From a bacterium (GTDB lineage Bacteria > Zhuqueibacterota > Zhuqueibacteria > Residuimicrobiales > Krinioviventaceae), in the NCBI GenBank assembly GCA_963674595.2, contig CAXXFV010000026.1, positions 1-64,000 on the forward strand: a stretch of 64,000 nt of DNA, in the 5' to 3' direction. Of the stretch, positions 41,067 through 53,330 are shown piece after piece (the first letter of the stretch is position 1; each line of letters starts with the position of its first letter). A model generated the notes under the pieces. That model worked only from the letters and a program-made list of their open reading frames with translations, was not told the origin of the DNA and made no database searches. The position numbers and the translations under genes are program-made.

Positions 41067-41546
41067 ATGACTGACCAGGAAATGTTTCGATCGGATTGTT
41101 TGGCGAACGGCGCTTCCGCAACCATATCCAATACCAGCGGAACTCAATGCCCATGCATGATATGGCGTGATTCTGAAAACCCGGCTTACAGTGCAGAATA
41201 CCATCGGTTATATCCTGCTGCTGAGGATTGCGGCGGCGCCGGTTTAATCAACCGCAGCGTTACCACCACCAACATTAAGGCTTTTTTTACGCCCCTGAAC
41301 ACCACCATCAGCCGGCTGTTTCAAACAAAAAGCCTTCAGGAGATCATTGGTGAACACCAAGATGCCGACCTGGCCATGGTGGGCGCGGTGAACACGGCCA
41401 ACGGACAGTTTGTGGACATTTCCGGTCTGGTGGAACGGGAAGACAAAATCACCTATAACGCGGTAGAGTATGTAGTCAGGCATTTTTATGACCTGAGCAA
41501 TTCCGAACGCGTGGGCCAGGTTGCTTTGCTGAAAAGGAAAAGCTGA
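41067..41546 (+). CDS. Head closure/neck protein (putative)
   Basis: CPC...C.G.G motif, DKITYN..EY.V; position in the operon. Confidence 0.55.
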   Translation: MTDQEMFRSDCLANGASATISNTSGTQCPCMIWRDSENPAYSAEYHRLYPAAEDCGGAGLINRSVTTTNIKAFFTPLNTTISRLFQTKSLQEIIGEHQDADLAMVGAVNTANGQFVDISGLVEREDKITYNAVEYVVRHFYDLSNSERVGQVALLKRKS

Positions 41547-41655
41547 TACGTTGGTCCGCAGATAATAAACAGAGAAATTTTCAGGCGGCACTGTTGCAGA
41601 ATCCGCCTGAAATATCAGATACAATAACGAATGAAATCAGAAAAGCGGGTAAATT

Positions 41656-42147
41656 TTGAGTATTCGACGAACATATTTGATAGATGACGTGCAGAAATGC
41701 GTTTTTCGCTTGCTGCGGCAGCTCACCGGGGCCGAGAGTCCCTGGACAAGCTGGAACGTCATTGAAGGTTATCCGGAAGACCGGGTGTTTGAGGAATTTG
41801 ATAAACCCTTTATCTATGTGCTTAAACCGGTTGTCACCGGTGCCTACAGACAACAGGGCGGACTGCCGAATTACCTGATGGAAATGGTCATCGGCATGTG
41901 GGACGACCGCAAAACCGGCGGTCCGGAAGAGATCAATATCATCGGTTCGCACCTGCTCGAACTTTTTATGAATCCGCAGTCTTTGTATTCGAAAAAATTC
42001 AATGTCACGCTTGGAACCACCAGTTTTACAGACACGACATTGGCGGCCCAGGGTCTGCGCATAAAAAACATTAAAGGACCCAAAGAGCTAAAAGTCAAAG
42101 CCGTGAAAGAGTTTCGGCGTGAATTCACTTTATTTTTAAGGAGCTGA
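41656..42147 (+). CDS. Tail terminator-like protein (putative)
   Basis: Position just before the tail tube; EGYPE...PFIYV. Confidence 0.55.
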   Translation: MSIRRTYLIDDVQKCVFRLLRQLTGAESPWTSWNVIEGYPEDRVFEEFDKPFIYVLKPVVTGAYRQQGGLPNYLMEMVIGMWDDRKTGGPEEINIIGSHLLELFMNPQSLYSKKFNVTLGTTSFTDTTLAAQGLRIKNIKGPKELKVKAVKEFRREFTLFLRS

Positions 42148-42149
42148 AA

Positions 42150-42941
42150 ATGGCATACAACGATCAATTAGGCGCATTGCAGTCAAATGACATTATTGAC
42201 GGTCAGTTTACCCTGCATCGTGTTTACCGGCACGATGCGGACGTGGCAACGGGGATTGTACCCATCAACATTTCCGGTATTCAGGACGTATCGGCTGAGG
42301 CCATGGCCCCGCAAATGTCCCGCGAAGTGTTTCAGCAGGGCGGCGGCAGCGACAGTCTGATCAGTGAACGCAACTTTCGTTACAGCGGCACCATCCGTCT
42401 TAAAGCAGGCAAACTGGATGATTTTCTCACCGCTATTTACGGCAAAACACACTCGACCACCGGTGAGGCCGCGTTGGTGCACAGACCTTCTGTTTTTCCG
42501 GCCATAACCCTGGAATCCATTTGCCGTGCCGACGACAATACCACACACCTTTTTTCCAAAGTGTACCAGGAACTGATTTTAAAACCCTGGAACAACAATT
42601 CACCCATGGAAGACGAAGAAGTGGACATTCCCTTTTACTCCATGCACGATCCGTTTTTGATCTGCGCCGGTGCTGAATTGTTCTATGACAAATTCAACGG
42701 CGACGGTTCAACAACCGACTTTACATTATCCGCAACACCATTGACTGCTGTAGACACAACAGACGCGGCCCGCGAAGACTGGGTGCTTGACAATGCTGTT
42801 TTTGTTGCGGTTAAAAATTCCGGCGATGACCAGTCCACACGACAGAAAAGCGGCGTGACATTGACCAGCACAACATTGTCCTTTACAACCGCCCCGGCAG
42901 CATCGTCTGTGGTTTCTTATCTGGGCATCAAGGCCTATTAA
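42150..42941 (+). CDS. Major tail (tube) protein with a C-terminal Ig-like extension
   Basis: Position; C-terminal GDGSTTDFTL...F.TAPA..S.V motif. Confidence 0.65.
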   Translation: MAYNDQLGALQSNDIIDGQFTLHRVYRHDADVATGIVPINISGIQDVSAEAMAPQMSREVFQQGGGSDSLISERNFRYSGTIRLKAGKLDDFLTAIYGKTHSTTGEAALVHRPSVFPAITLESICRADDNTTHLFSKVYQELILKPWNNNSPMEDEEVDIPFYSMHDPFLICAGAELFYDKFNGDGSTTDFTLSATPLTAVDTTDAAREDWVLDNAVFVAVKNSGDDQSTRQKSGVTLTSTTLSFTTAPAASSVVSYLGIKAY

Positions 42942-42963
42942 TTTTAACCAAGAAGAGAGAACA

Positions 42964-43209
42964 ATGAAAAGAGAATACATAACGGAATGTTTATACAGGG
43001 CTGCTGCGATTGTTTTAACCACCGGGCAGCAGCCCGATCATATCATTCGTGTACGCGGCGACAAAAGCAGGGCCGTGCTGACCTTTCACGTTGAAACCGA
43101 TGTGATTGAAAAACTGGAAAGCAATGAACTGCTTGTGGACCCTGTTGCCTTTAAAGATGTTTTTATTCCATTAAAAAGAAAAGTATTCAGAGTAATAGAC
43201 GAGGACTAA
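42964..43209 (+). CDS. Small hypothetical phage protein
   Basis: Intact, coupled ORF. Confidence 0.6.
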   Translation: MKREYITECLYRAAAIVLTTGQQPDHIIRVRGDKSRAVLTFHVETDVIEKLESNELLVDPVAFKDVFIPLKRKVFRVIDED

Positions 43210-44111
43210 ATGAAAGCTATAGATTTGTTAAAAAACGCCAACCAGAACAAAATCAAATCCATTGAATTTGTAATTCCAATTGACGACAACAACGGTATCG
43301 ATACCGTGCTGCAGGCGCCGGATCTGTGGAGCCTGAAAGAAGAGCAGGAAAAAGTATATCACGCCAAACTTGTTGAACTGTGTCAGGAAGGATATGACCA
43401 GTACCCGATCAACGAACAGGACTTTAATAAAGAAGTGGAAAACTATCTGGAAAATCTGAAAAAATCGGGTTCCAAAGACATAGACAAGGCCGTGGAAAAC
43501 TATAAAAAAGACCGGCCAAAATCTTTGGCAGACCAGTTGGCCCAGCGCACCAGCAAGTACCGCACGATTTTTGAGATATTGCCCAAGTTTTTACGCTACA
43601 AGGAAAACAACAAACTGTTGTTTCCCACGGCTGAAGAGCAGAAACAGTTTAAGGACATATTGTCCAGCAACAACAAACTGTTTGAACTGCTGACCGGGAA
43701 ATACATTGAACTGTCCAAACTGATCAATGAGGAAGACACGGAAAAAAACTCCGTGAAGCCGGGGAATGGCAAGAGTACAGACTCCAAGTAGCCCTGGCGG
43801 ACCGGTTTCAGTATAAAGGCCCGTTTGATCCACAGCTTTTAGATGATTTGAAAAACCCGTATCGGCGGATATTGCTCATTCACAGTTTGCAAATGCCCAA
43901 TTTTCAGGACCATTTGTTTAAACTGCTGGCCGAACAGTATCCCGAGATTTTGAAGAATATGCTCAACATTCACGGGACGTCCATCGTTAAAATGCTGGCC
44001 GGCAAAAACGGGCACAAGATTAAGAGCATTTTTAAGGAAGAAAAGAAAAAGAGACCCAGCGAACAAATCGTTGTAACACCGGATGGTAAACGTATTAGGT
44101 TAAGGTCATAG
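43210..44111 (+). CDS. Tail assembly chaperone G (43210-43791) and GT by -1 frameshift
   Basis: Slippery A AAA AAC at 43743-43749. The -1 frame is open from there to 44111. Precedes the tape measure gene. Confidence 0.8.
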
Positions 44112-44113
44112 TT

Positions 44114-47100
44114 ATGAGTGATTTTACATGAAATTGTCCATTAGCAGCAGGCGGGACTAGCGTTTCAGATATTATTGAACCGTTTAACCTTGTAATAGAT
44201 GTACTAGAAGAGGCCGTTAATACATTAGGCCTTTTCGATGAAAAAATTGAATACACGACAAAAAGAACAGGTGTTGATTTAGTTGATGCACTTATTAGAT
44301 CAGCTGACTTTTTGGTTAAGAATGATGAAGCAGTAATAAAAAGCACACGGAGTCTTGATGAGTTGGCGTTAGCAGTGGCTGATATAAAGATGAAAAATGC
44401 TAGTTTATTGGGATTAGGGCCAGTTATCGATAAAATTACCGGATTTAATACAAAAGTTGAAGAACAAGCAAAAAAAATAATTGCAGCAAGAGACGCTACA
44501 AAGGAATTAAGTGAAAAAACAGGTGTTTATAACGATGCGCTGTATAAAGTCAATCAATATGGTCCAGAAGCTGCTCAGGCGATTTTTGGAATAAGTGAGG
44601 AAACAGATAAAAATAATGATCTTATCAGCATAGCTATTGAGAAACATAAGCAATTTACTGAACAACAAAAAGCCCTTAATGACGCTGGAATTGTGACGAC
44701 AGCATCCATTAGAAGTCAAATTGATTCTCTTGAAAGTTTGTTCCCTGCAGTTGAAAATGATAATTATGCTTATAACCAATTATATAGTATGATACATGAC
44801 CTATATGTGGAAATTGGTGATACGAAAGGATTAAAAGAATTTCGAGAAAAATGTGGTAATGTTACTAATACATTTATACCTTTAAATGTACAGGGGAGAG
44901 AGCTTGCCAATAATATTGACAAAGTTAGACGTTCTCAGGTGGATAATCATCCGGTACTAGAAACCTCAACAAAAAAGGCCAAAGATTTAAAAGAAGAAAC
45001 TGAAGAGACGACTATATCTTTTAAAGATTTTGCCAGTTATGCAAATAAAGTGGCTGAAAAATTGCCAGGTTTAGATAATAGTGTTAAAACGGTGACTTCT
45101 GCTATTTCATCTTTGGCCACAAAAGGTTTTTCCCCTTTGAACATTGCGACAACAGCGGCTTCAGTTGCATTTGGTCTTTTTGGTGATAAAAAGGAAAAAG
45201 TTGTTGTTACCGTTGACCAAATCATTGAGCGTATGGGGGCATTAGGTGTTGAAATTACCAAAACAAAAGATTTTATTGAGGAATTGAGCGACAGCTTTCA
45301 GAGCAACGCGCTGGCGTCCTATACTAAACATCTGGATGCACTTTTAGAAAGGAAAGCCAAGTTAACTTCTGATTATGAAAATACGGATGATGGCGATAAA
45401 AAGGAAAAAATCAATGAAGCTGTCCATAGCATAAATGAAACTATAAATACCGTTATTAAGGAAATAAACAGATTAGTAGAAGCCCTGGTATTTGATGTTG
45501 ATTTTACAGAGACTCTGGACGGATTAAAGTACCTGACAACAGAAGCCGTAAGAATGTTCTCTTATTATGGAGATACATTAAAAGGCACAGGTATTGTTGA
45601 TCTGCTTGAAGAACAAATAAAAAAATCTGCTGAATTAAGGGAAGGACTTGATAAAGACTCTAAAGCGTATGCGGATGTGGAAACTCAAATTATGGCTGCC
45701 GCCCAGGCAATGATAAACTTAGGGGCTTTGCAAAATGAAGTTGCGGCATTGCTTGCCCGGTTTGATATGTCTTTAGTCGATTTTGCCGGTGGTATAAAGG
45801 ATAAATTTGGAGACATTTTTGATAATAGCTCTGTTTTTGACGCTCTACAAAATCAGATGCAGGGATTTTTTAATTCCTTATTAGATGCCGAACAGAATAT
45901 GGACACAGAAGCCTATGAAGAGATGTCTAAAAATATTTATGCTGTTGCTCAAAAGATGAAAGATATGGGTATTTCCGGTGAGGAGTTAAATGCGAAACTT
46001 GAACGTGTTGGTTTGTCTTATACAGAGCTGGCCGAAAAATTTAATTTGTCGAGTGAAGAGATCAATGAAGCAGCCGGTATCGTTGGCGCGCTAAGTACAG
46101 AAATGGCAGATTTAGGAGAGGAGCTGAAAACAATTGATCCTGATAGTGCTGCCTATGATGAGCAGGTTGAAAAAATAGTTGCCGTTGCACAGGCCATGCT
46201 GGAGATGGGTGCATCAAACGCCGAAGTAAATGCTGCTCTTGCCGCTACAGGTTTGACATTGGAACAGGTTACAGGCAAGGTTGCCGGTTTGGAAGACGCC
46301 TGGCGTACCGCAACGTCTGTTATGACTGGTGAATGGTCAACATTTGAAGATGAGGTTGCCGGTGCTAATAAAACTATAGACGATTTAATGTTTTTCAATG
46401 TCGATTTGGATACAACGGATGCGGATGAGAGCCTTCTGGCACTGATTGAAAGTTGGGATGAATATCTTGCAAAACTGGACCCGAATTCAGAAGCCTATCA
46501 ACAAGCTGCTGAAATGGTTAACGGGCTGAAACAACGTTATAATGATCTAACAGGAGCAACTCTTGAGACGACAGAAGCGGCTGTAACAATGGCAGATGCT
46601 TTTCAGTTTGATACTGATTTCTCCAGTCAAAAAGATGAATTAGATACGATAATAGAAAAAGCGCTGGCAATTGGTGATTATTATGGTGATGCTTTTGATA
46701 CCACGGCAGTGGAAGAATTATTGGCACGTTCAATAGAAACTAACCAGGCAATGTTGAATGATCTTGATCCGACAACACAGGCTTATGAGGAATTACAGAA
46801 ATCAATCTGGGAAGGTGAAGCAGCTCTTGCTGTTATGCGCGGTGAAGTGGAAACAACAAATCAGTATTATGAGCAACATGGAATTGTAATTGCCGGTGTA
46901 ACTGATGGTATAGAAGAGAATACGGATGCTGTTAATGATAATGCCGGTGCCATAGAATCATGGTCTGAAATTTTTAATAAATCCATAAATCAAATGTCTT
47001 CGGAATATAATCAGTTTGAAAAAGATGCGGAAACGGCCAGTAAGCTTATAGATGAAATATTATTTTTCAATATTGATCTTGACGCATCTGATCTTGATGA

Positions 47101-49273
47101 GCAGTTGGAAGCGGCCATGGCTTCTATGTATGCTTATATCGGCACGCTCGATCCGGACAGTGAAGCCTACCGGCAAGCCATGGAAACCCTGCAGGGATTG
47201 GCTGACAAATATTATGAGATAAAATATAAAACAGATGATTTGGCTGAAAGCACAGAAACTGCCATGCGCTCTGCCGGAGAGCCGTCAAAGTTTTATGAAC
47301 AGGCATATAAAAAATTACTTGGTGAAATTGATAAAGCTAATGATGAAATAAATTCTTTAATGACCAAAAAAAGAATTATTGAAATTAAAATTGACATGGC
47401 AACTCAAAAAATTGAAGAAACTGAAAAATTAATTGAAGATTTAAAACTGAAAAAAATTGAGGTTGAATTTTATATTTCTCAAGTAAATGAAGAAATAGAC
47501 AAACTCAATGATTATATAGCCAAAAAACAGGAACAGCTTGAAAAAATTGAAATTGCAATTGAAATAACACAGGCTGAAATTGATAAAATAAATGAAAAAA
47601 TTGAGACCCTTGAAGTACAGAAACTTGAAATACAGGCACAAATTGATGATGCAAAGATAAATATTCAGGAATTGAATCAGTTTATTTCAGACAAAGAATT
47701 AGAATTACATGAATTAAAAATTCAATTCATGGCAGATGTCGATAGTTTAAACGAACAGATGGCAACGCTTGGTGCTGAGTTTGATGAGAAAATTAAAGAA
47801 TATAACCTTAACAAAATAAGCATCTCTACTGAGATAGAAAACGCAGAGGTTTCCAAGTCAAAGTTGCGAGATATTATTGATTTACTCGGGACCGATATGG
47901 ATACGTTGCTTTCCGAAGGGCTGGATTTTTATAAAGTGTCCACTATGCTTGAAGATATAACGGGTAAAAGTCAGACTCTGGAAGTCCAGTGGGAATCCAT
48001 GTTAAAGACAATGTTTAACGAGTTTTCTGATTTTGAAACAGACATGAAAACCGCTTCCGATGCGATTGATCAGTTAATGTATTTTGATGTTGATTTGGAT
48101 ACTACCGAAGTTGATGAGCAAATTAACGCTGCTATCTTCCGAATGCAGGATTATCTGAAAACGTTAAGTCCGGAATCTCAAGCTTATAAAGATGCCAGTG
48201 CTTCCCTGACGCAACTTACCAAAAAATTTGAAGAGATGGGCGGTGTGTTGGATGAGGAAAAAGCATTACAGTTTAATGCCGAGTATGCAATACAGGAAGT
48301 TAAAAATTTCGATGATCAAATAGACGGTTTATACACTCAATTACAAGAAAATGATTTACAATTTGATATAGACCAGGATACTTTTGCCACTGAAATGGAA
48401 GCTCTTGATCAAGAACTTGCAAATTTATATACCGAGTACAATAATAAGCAAATAGAAATTGAAGCAGATATACAAGCGGCAAAGGAGAAAGTTGAAGCTT
48501 TTGAGGATCAAATAACGGCACTGGAAGACCAAAAGGTCGCAATAGAAACAGAAATTCAAGAGGCGAAAGATCAATTAGATTTATATCAATCGGATTTAGC
48601 TACCCTTGAAAACCAAAAGGTGAAAATTACGACTGATATTGCTCAAGCACAAACTAAAATTGATGAGTTAGAGCTTGAACTCGCCGGTCTTGAAGAAGAA
48701 AAAATGCAGATTGAAGCGGATATAACCGAAGCTGAAGCCCAGTTAGAAGCTTTTAAACAAGAAATGGCAAAACTTGAGCAGGACAAACTTGAAATTGATG
48801 CCGCAATTGATACTGCTTTAGAAAGATTAACTGAACTAGAGACAAGGCTTAATGACATGGAAACCTCGAAAACAGTTAATATTGATTTATATGTTAATAA
48901 TAAATCAAAAGATGCGCAATCCAAATATCATACCGGCGGGCTGGTTACGGCGCATACGGGACAGTTGTTCCCTAATGAGCGGATTGCCAAAGTGCTGAGC
49001 GGTGAATATGTGCTGCGGCCGGCGGTTGCCGAACGATTTGGTGCGGACGCGTTGAACAATTTTAACGCATCGCTCAATCCCAATGCGCTTGTGTCCGACC
49101 ACAGCCTGTCGCGTCAGGATGCCCGGGCCATTGTTCAGGAATCACGGCCTGTTCAGGTGCACATCCACGAAGCCACCCGGCGCACCTGGGCTGAAGTGAC
49201 GGACCATAGTATTTATGGAAACGTTAAAAAACGTGAACGATTTTTTGAAAGTGAAGGGAGTCCGTTTAACTAA
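44114..49273 (+). CDS. Tape measure protein; disrupted 5' end (ATG 44114, TGA 44129), long ORF open from 44132
   Basis: More than 1650 aa, helical; C-terminal YHTGGLV...E.IA.V..GEYVL motif typical of tape measure proteins. Confidence 0.8.
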
Positions 49274-49674
49274 TGGCATTAACGACAGGCATTCGGATTG
49301 TTATCGGCGCGGTTTATGTTGATTTTTACCGCGAAGAAGTGGAAGACATTGTGTTTAAACCTTTGGTAGAGTATATGGTGCTTGAGGGCCATAAACAGGC
49401 CCCGGACCTGATAAAAATCGGCTCAACACAGTCCATGATCGAAATGTCATTTACGGACTGGAACAGCGCCACCAAAGCCAAGGTCGACCAGGTTGTAAAT
49501 GCTGACTGCGAAATGACCCTGTATTATCAATATGCTTATGATCCGACAGTTTATAAAAACGTTATCGTTATGGCTGTTGATGATGTTAAAAAGACAACGG
49601 AATATTTTAATTCTGCTGATATTAATTACGGCAGAGTAAAGACACGTTATTCACTTACTTTTGCGGAATGTTAA
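49273..49674 (+). CDS. Distal-tail-like protein
   Basis: TAATG coupling to the tape measure gene; resembles 53330-53755. Confidence 0.55.
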   Translation: MALTTGIRIVIGAVYVDFYREEVEDIVFKPLVEYMVLEGHKQAPDLIKIGSTQSMIEMSFTDWNSATKAKVDQVVNADCEMTLYYQYAYDPTVYKNVIVMAVDDVKKTTEYFNSADINYGRVKTRYSLTFAEC

Positions 49675-49675
49675 T

Positions 49676-52600
49676 ATGCCCTATTACACAGATTTGCCGG
49701 AAACATGGCAGGAAGAACTTGAGAAAAGGACCGGTGCACGCATCCTTATAGAAGCGGTGCTGGACCCGGATGGTGAAGCCAGGATCATTCCCTCGAAATA
49801 TGATATTGTGGATATTTCGCCCATTACCAATGTCCGCGACCTGGATATTGAATATACGGACCGTTCGGTTGTGCAGGACGTGACCCTGACCTTTAACGAT
49901 CCGGACGGCTATTTTAGCTACAAAAATCCGGCAAGTCCTTTTCACAACATGGTTGGCGAGTTGTATGAATATACCAAAAGCGGATCGAATAGCATAAAGT
50001 TGATTGATAATACCGGTGTGGAATTTGGCCACAACCAAAAGCTGGAAATTAATGACAACACAAATTGCGAACATGTTTATGTAAACAGTTTTACAAAAGC
50101 CTCGGGCAGTATCTATTATCATCAGCTTGGGATTGTGGGTGCGCTTGTCAACAGTTATAAAGGCGGCACAAAAATATATACCTTGCCGGTTGAAAAAAAG
50201 GAGATTTTGGTGCGTGTGTATATGGTCGGCGCCACGGTGCCCATTCACATGTTTCGCGGAAAAATCATTGCCCTGCCCGAAAGCGAAGCCGGAAAAGGTT
50301 TTTTGACCATTTCTTCCATTAAAAAGTTTTTGCTGGATGAAGAGCTGCGCGGCGCAGAAACCGGCGCCGATAAGCTGAAACGTATCAATACCAACGGCGA
50401 TTTGGTTGATACCATCACCTGGAGTGAAGGCAGTTCCGGTACCCTGGACCGGTCAAAAGTCATTGTTAAAGATAATGCCAAGTTGAGAAACTGGACTTGT
50501 GAATTCAGCAGTAATACCGATTTTGTGCTCTATTCCGAGGACATTGGCAGCGGTGTTGCCGGAAAGACTGAAGCAGAACAAATTTTTTCTATTTCCGGCT
50601 TGGACAATTATTTATATTCTCCCCAAAGAATCATTGCTGACAAAAACTATGCTTATGTAATATCACGAAGTAATGCTTTAACAATTTGGGATATTCGTAA
50701 TAAAAATAATATACAAATGGTTGGCGTTATTTCCGGCATTGGGGCGCCAAATTATCTAAATACACCGACAGACATGGTCATTAAAAAAAACTATGCTTAT
50801 ATAACATCTGCTGATAATGCTTTAGTAATTATTGATGTTTCCAATCCAAACAATCCGACAAAAGTAGGGCACATGGTTGGTGCCGGCAGCTCAAATTATC
50901 TTGAATGGCCGGAGTCCTTGTATATCGAAGATAATTATGCTTATATTGTTACAAACTATGATGAAGTTTTACTAATTATAGATATTTCTGATCCAAAAAA
51001 TCCGGTACAAGTTGGACATACTGCAGACGGTTCATCCGGGTTAGCTTTATGTAAAAAAGATAATTATGTATATACTTGTGGTACTAAACCTTCTAATTAT
51101 AATGATATTAATGTTTATGATGTTTCTGATCCAAGTTCACCAATATTAATAAATACTATAACACATTCTAAATTTTGCTACAAGATAAAAATACATGACG
51201 GTTATTTATATGCTTTGTTTCTAAATGATGATATTTTTAATATTTATAGTTTATCTGATCCGACAACTCCAACTCTGGTGTCAAGCTTATCCGGGGCTGG
51301 TAGTCCAAATTATCTTGATGCCCCAAAATATTTTAATTTTTATGAGCAATATGCTTTTATTTCAAGTGTGGCTGAAAAAACTATAACCATTATTGATATC
51401 TCCGATAAAAGCAATCCAACATTTTTTTGTAAATATGATATTATGTATTGTAATGATATTTTTGTTTATGGTGATTATATTTATCTTTGTTGTGCTCCTT
51501 ATTTTGAATATCGTATTATTAAATGGTCTTGTTCTGACTCTGAAAATAGTGGTAAAGAGAGCATACAAATTCCCTTTGCAGCCTGGGGCGGGACCCGGGC
51601 CGAATCCGACTCGGTACAGTTTACCACCACCATAAATTTTGACAATCAAAATGTTGTGCAGGCCATTTATAATCTATATACAAAATACATCGGTATGGAT
51701 AACAAACTGTTGGGGTGTTCGTCCTTTTTTGAGGACAAGGTCATCGGCACCTTAAACAGCGCCGTGCAACCCACTGGCCCCCCTGATCCCATTCATCCGG
51801 AGGACCCCACGATTTCTATCAAAATATCTGTCCCCATTGTCATCGGCACAAATGATGTCCTGACCATTACCGAAGGAAACACCACCGAAGACATTACCGT
51901 CATTGAGGGCAATACGGTTACATCAAGTTTTCCGCCTGTTATCACCCTTCCGGTCAGTCCCCTGACAAACGGATTCACCAGGGCCGCTACAGTGACATGG
52001 AAAAAAAAGGCTGCTTACGATCCTGCCTACAACTTTGACAGGGAATATCATTACTGTGATATTATGAACTATTGTGTTTCTTTGTCTTTTGATAAGCAAA
52101 TGACACGTTTGCAGGCCCTTGAAGTGTTGACCCAGCATTTGGATGGATTTTTGTTTTCCGACAGTTGGGGTGTGGAAAAGCTGTTTGTGTTTCGGCCCAA
52201 ATACCGATCAAGTGTGCCGGATGTTACCAAAACAGTGAATTTGAAAAAACCGAATCCCGTTATTGAAACCGTGAATCTGGTCAACGAAATCCGTTGTTTT
52301 TACGGATATGATTATACCAACAGCAAGTATTTATATGAATATGTGTATCCGGAAAATGATACGGACAATGACAGTTTTTTAAGAAACGGATTCAAAAGAA
52401 CAAAATCCTTTTACCTGCCGGGTGTTTTTAATGAATCTGTTGCCAAAAATATGACAAGGCACAAATATTTGATCTGGAAAGACGGGCTTTCGCTGATTCG
52501 TTTTAATTTAACATTAAAAGGATTGGTAACGGAAATTGGTGATGCTTATAACCTGATCAGTGAAATGCCGGACATTGATACCCTTGTGGAAGTTGTCGGT

Positions 52601-52726
52601 ATTGGCGGGATAAAATTGTTGAATGGCATAAACATCGAACTGGTTGGACTTGATGTTGAAAAAGTATTAAATAACTGGTTTTTACTTGACGACAGCGGGA
52701 TGGGAACGGCCCGCGTATTATGGTAG
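49676..52726 (+). CDS. Tail tip/hub protein with an internal LVIVD-repeat beta-propeller
   Basis: NYAYI....L.IIDVSNP.NP repeats at ~50580-51540 inside a phage-like scaffold. Confidence 0.75.
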   Translation: MPYYTDLPETWQEELEKRTGARILIEAVLDPDGEARIIPSKYDIVDISPITNVRDLDIEYTDRSVVQDVTLTFNDPDGYFSYKNPASPFHNMVGELYEYTKSGSNSIKLIDNTGVEFGHNQKLEINDNTNCEHVYVNSFTKASGSIYYHQLGIVGALVNSYKGGTKIYTLPVEKKEILVRVYMVGATVPIHMFRGKIIALPESEAGKGFLTISSIKKFLLDEELRGAETGADKLKRINTNGDLVDTITWSEGSSGTLDRSKVIVKDNAKLRNWTCEFSSNTDFVLYSEDIGSGVAGKTEAEQIFSISGLDNYLYSPQRIIADKNYAYVISRSNALTIWDIRNKNNIQMVGVISGIGAPNYLNTPTDMVIKKNYAYITSADNALVIIDVSNPNNPTKVGHMVGAGSSNYLEWPESLYIEDNYAYIVTNYDEVLLIIDISDPKNPVQVGHTADGSSGLALCKKDNYVYTCGTKPSNYNDINVYDVSDPSSPILINTITHSKFCYKIKIHDGYLYALFLNDDIFNIYSLSDPTTPTLVSSLSGAGSPNYLDAPKYFNFYEQYAFISSVAEKTITIIDISDKSNPTFFCKYDIMYCNDIFVYGDYIYLCCAPYFEYRIIKWSCSDSENSGKESIQIPFAAWGGTRAESDSVQFTTTINFDNQNVVQAIYNLYTKYIGMDNKLLGCSSFFEDKVIGTLNSAVQPTGPPDPIHPEDPTISIKISVPIVIGTNDVLTITEGNTTEDITVIEGNTVTSSFPPVITLPVSPLTNGFTRAATVTWKKKAAYDPAYNFDREYHYCDIMNYCVSLSFDKQMTRLQALEVLTQHLDGFLFSDSWGVEKLFVFRPKYRSSVPDVTKTVNLKKPNPVIETVNLVNEIRCFYGYDYTNSKYLYEYVYPENDTDNDSFLRNGFKRTKSFYLPGVFNESVAKNMTRHKYLIWKDGLSLIRFNLTLKGLVTEIGDAYNLISEMPDIDTLVEVVGIGGIKLLNGINIELVGLDVEKVLNNWFLLDDSGMGTARVLW

Positions 52727-52736
52727 GAGTTTTATT

Positions 52737-53330
52737 ATGACATTTGTAACGGGCGATGTTCTGCCTGCCTCTACAGCAAACGCATGGCCGAGAAGCTATA
52801 TGGAACAGGAAGATTTGGTGAGTTATGCTATTACTTTGACCGCATTTCGATATGCAGACGGCGCCATTCCGGACACGGTTGGAGCGGCCGGCAATCCAAA
52901 ACTTGTTATGAGCGGTTGGGGATCCGGCACCGGTATTTTTCAGGGTGAAGATGCACAGGAGGTACTTAAGACAGAGACTTTATGTTTTGAGTTTGTTTTG
53001 CCGGAATGTTATGTGGCCGGACAAAGCGTAATCCTGAGTATAACCGCGCGTATTAACGACGCCGGGGGCAATTCGCATACGTTCGATTCGCTGGATGTAG
53101 AAGCCTATGAAATAGCCGAAGCTGGAACAGCCGAAAGTGATATTTGCGCCACAGATGCGCAGACTCTGGCCGAAATAATGACGGCTTATTCTTTTACCAT
53201 TACTTCGACAAATTTGGGGCCGGGTGATTTGGTGAGGATATTTATCAGAACATCGATCCAGGGCAGTTTCGGTGGATCGTTCAAAGCTGAAATAGGCGGG
53301 GCAACTATGAAACTGGATATTAAAGGCTGA
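52737..53330 (+). CDS. Minor tail protein
   Basis: MTFVTGDVLPASTAN start; RBS AGGAG. Confidence 0.6.
   Translation: MTFVTGDVLPASTANAWPRSYMEQEDLVSYAITLTAFRYADGAIPDTVGAAGNPKLVMSGWGSGTGIFQGEDAQEVLKTETLCFEFVLPECYVAGQSVILSITARINDAGGNSHTFDSLDVEAYEIAEAGTAESDICATDAQTLAEIMTAYSFTITSTNLGPGDLVRIFIRTSIQGSFGGSFKAEIGGATMKLDIKG

Noticed and set aside
41579-41612. 10-bp stem TTTCAGGCGG/CCGCCTGAAA in the neck region
   Set aside because: No T-tract on the coding strand, and it lies in what looks like the 3' remnant of a deleted gene. Function is unsupported.
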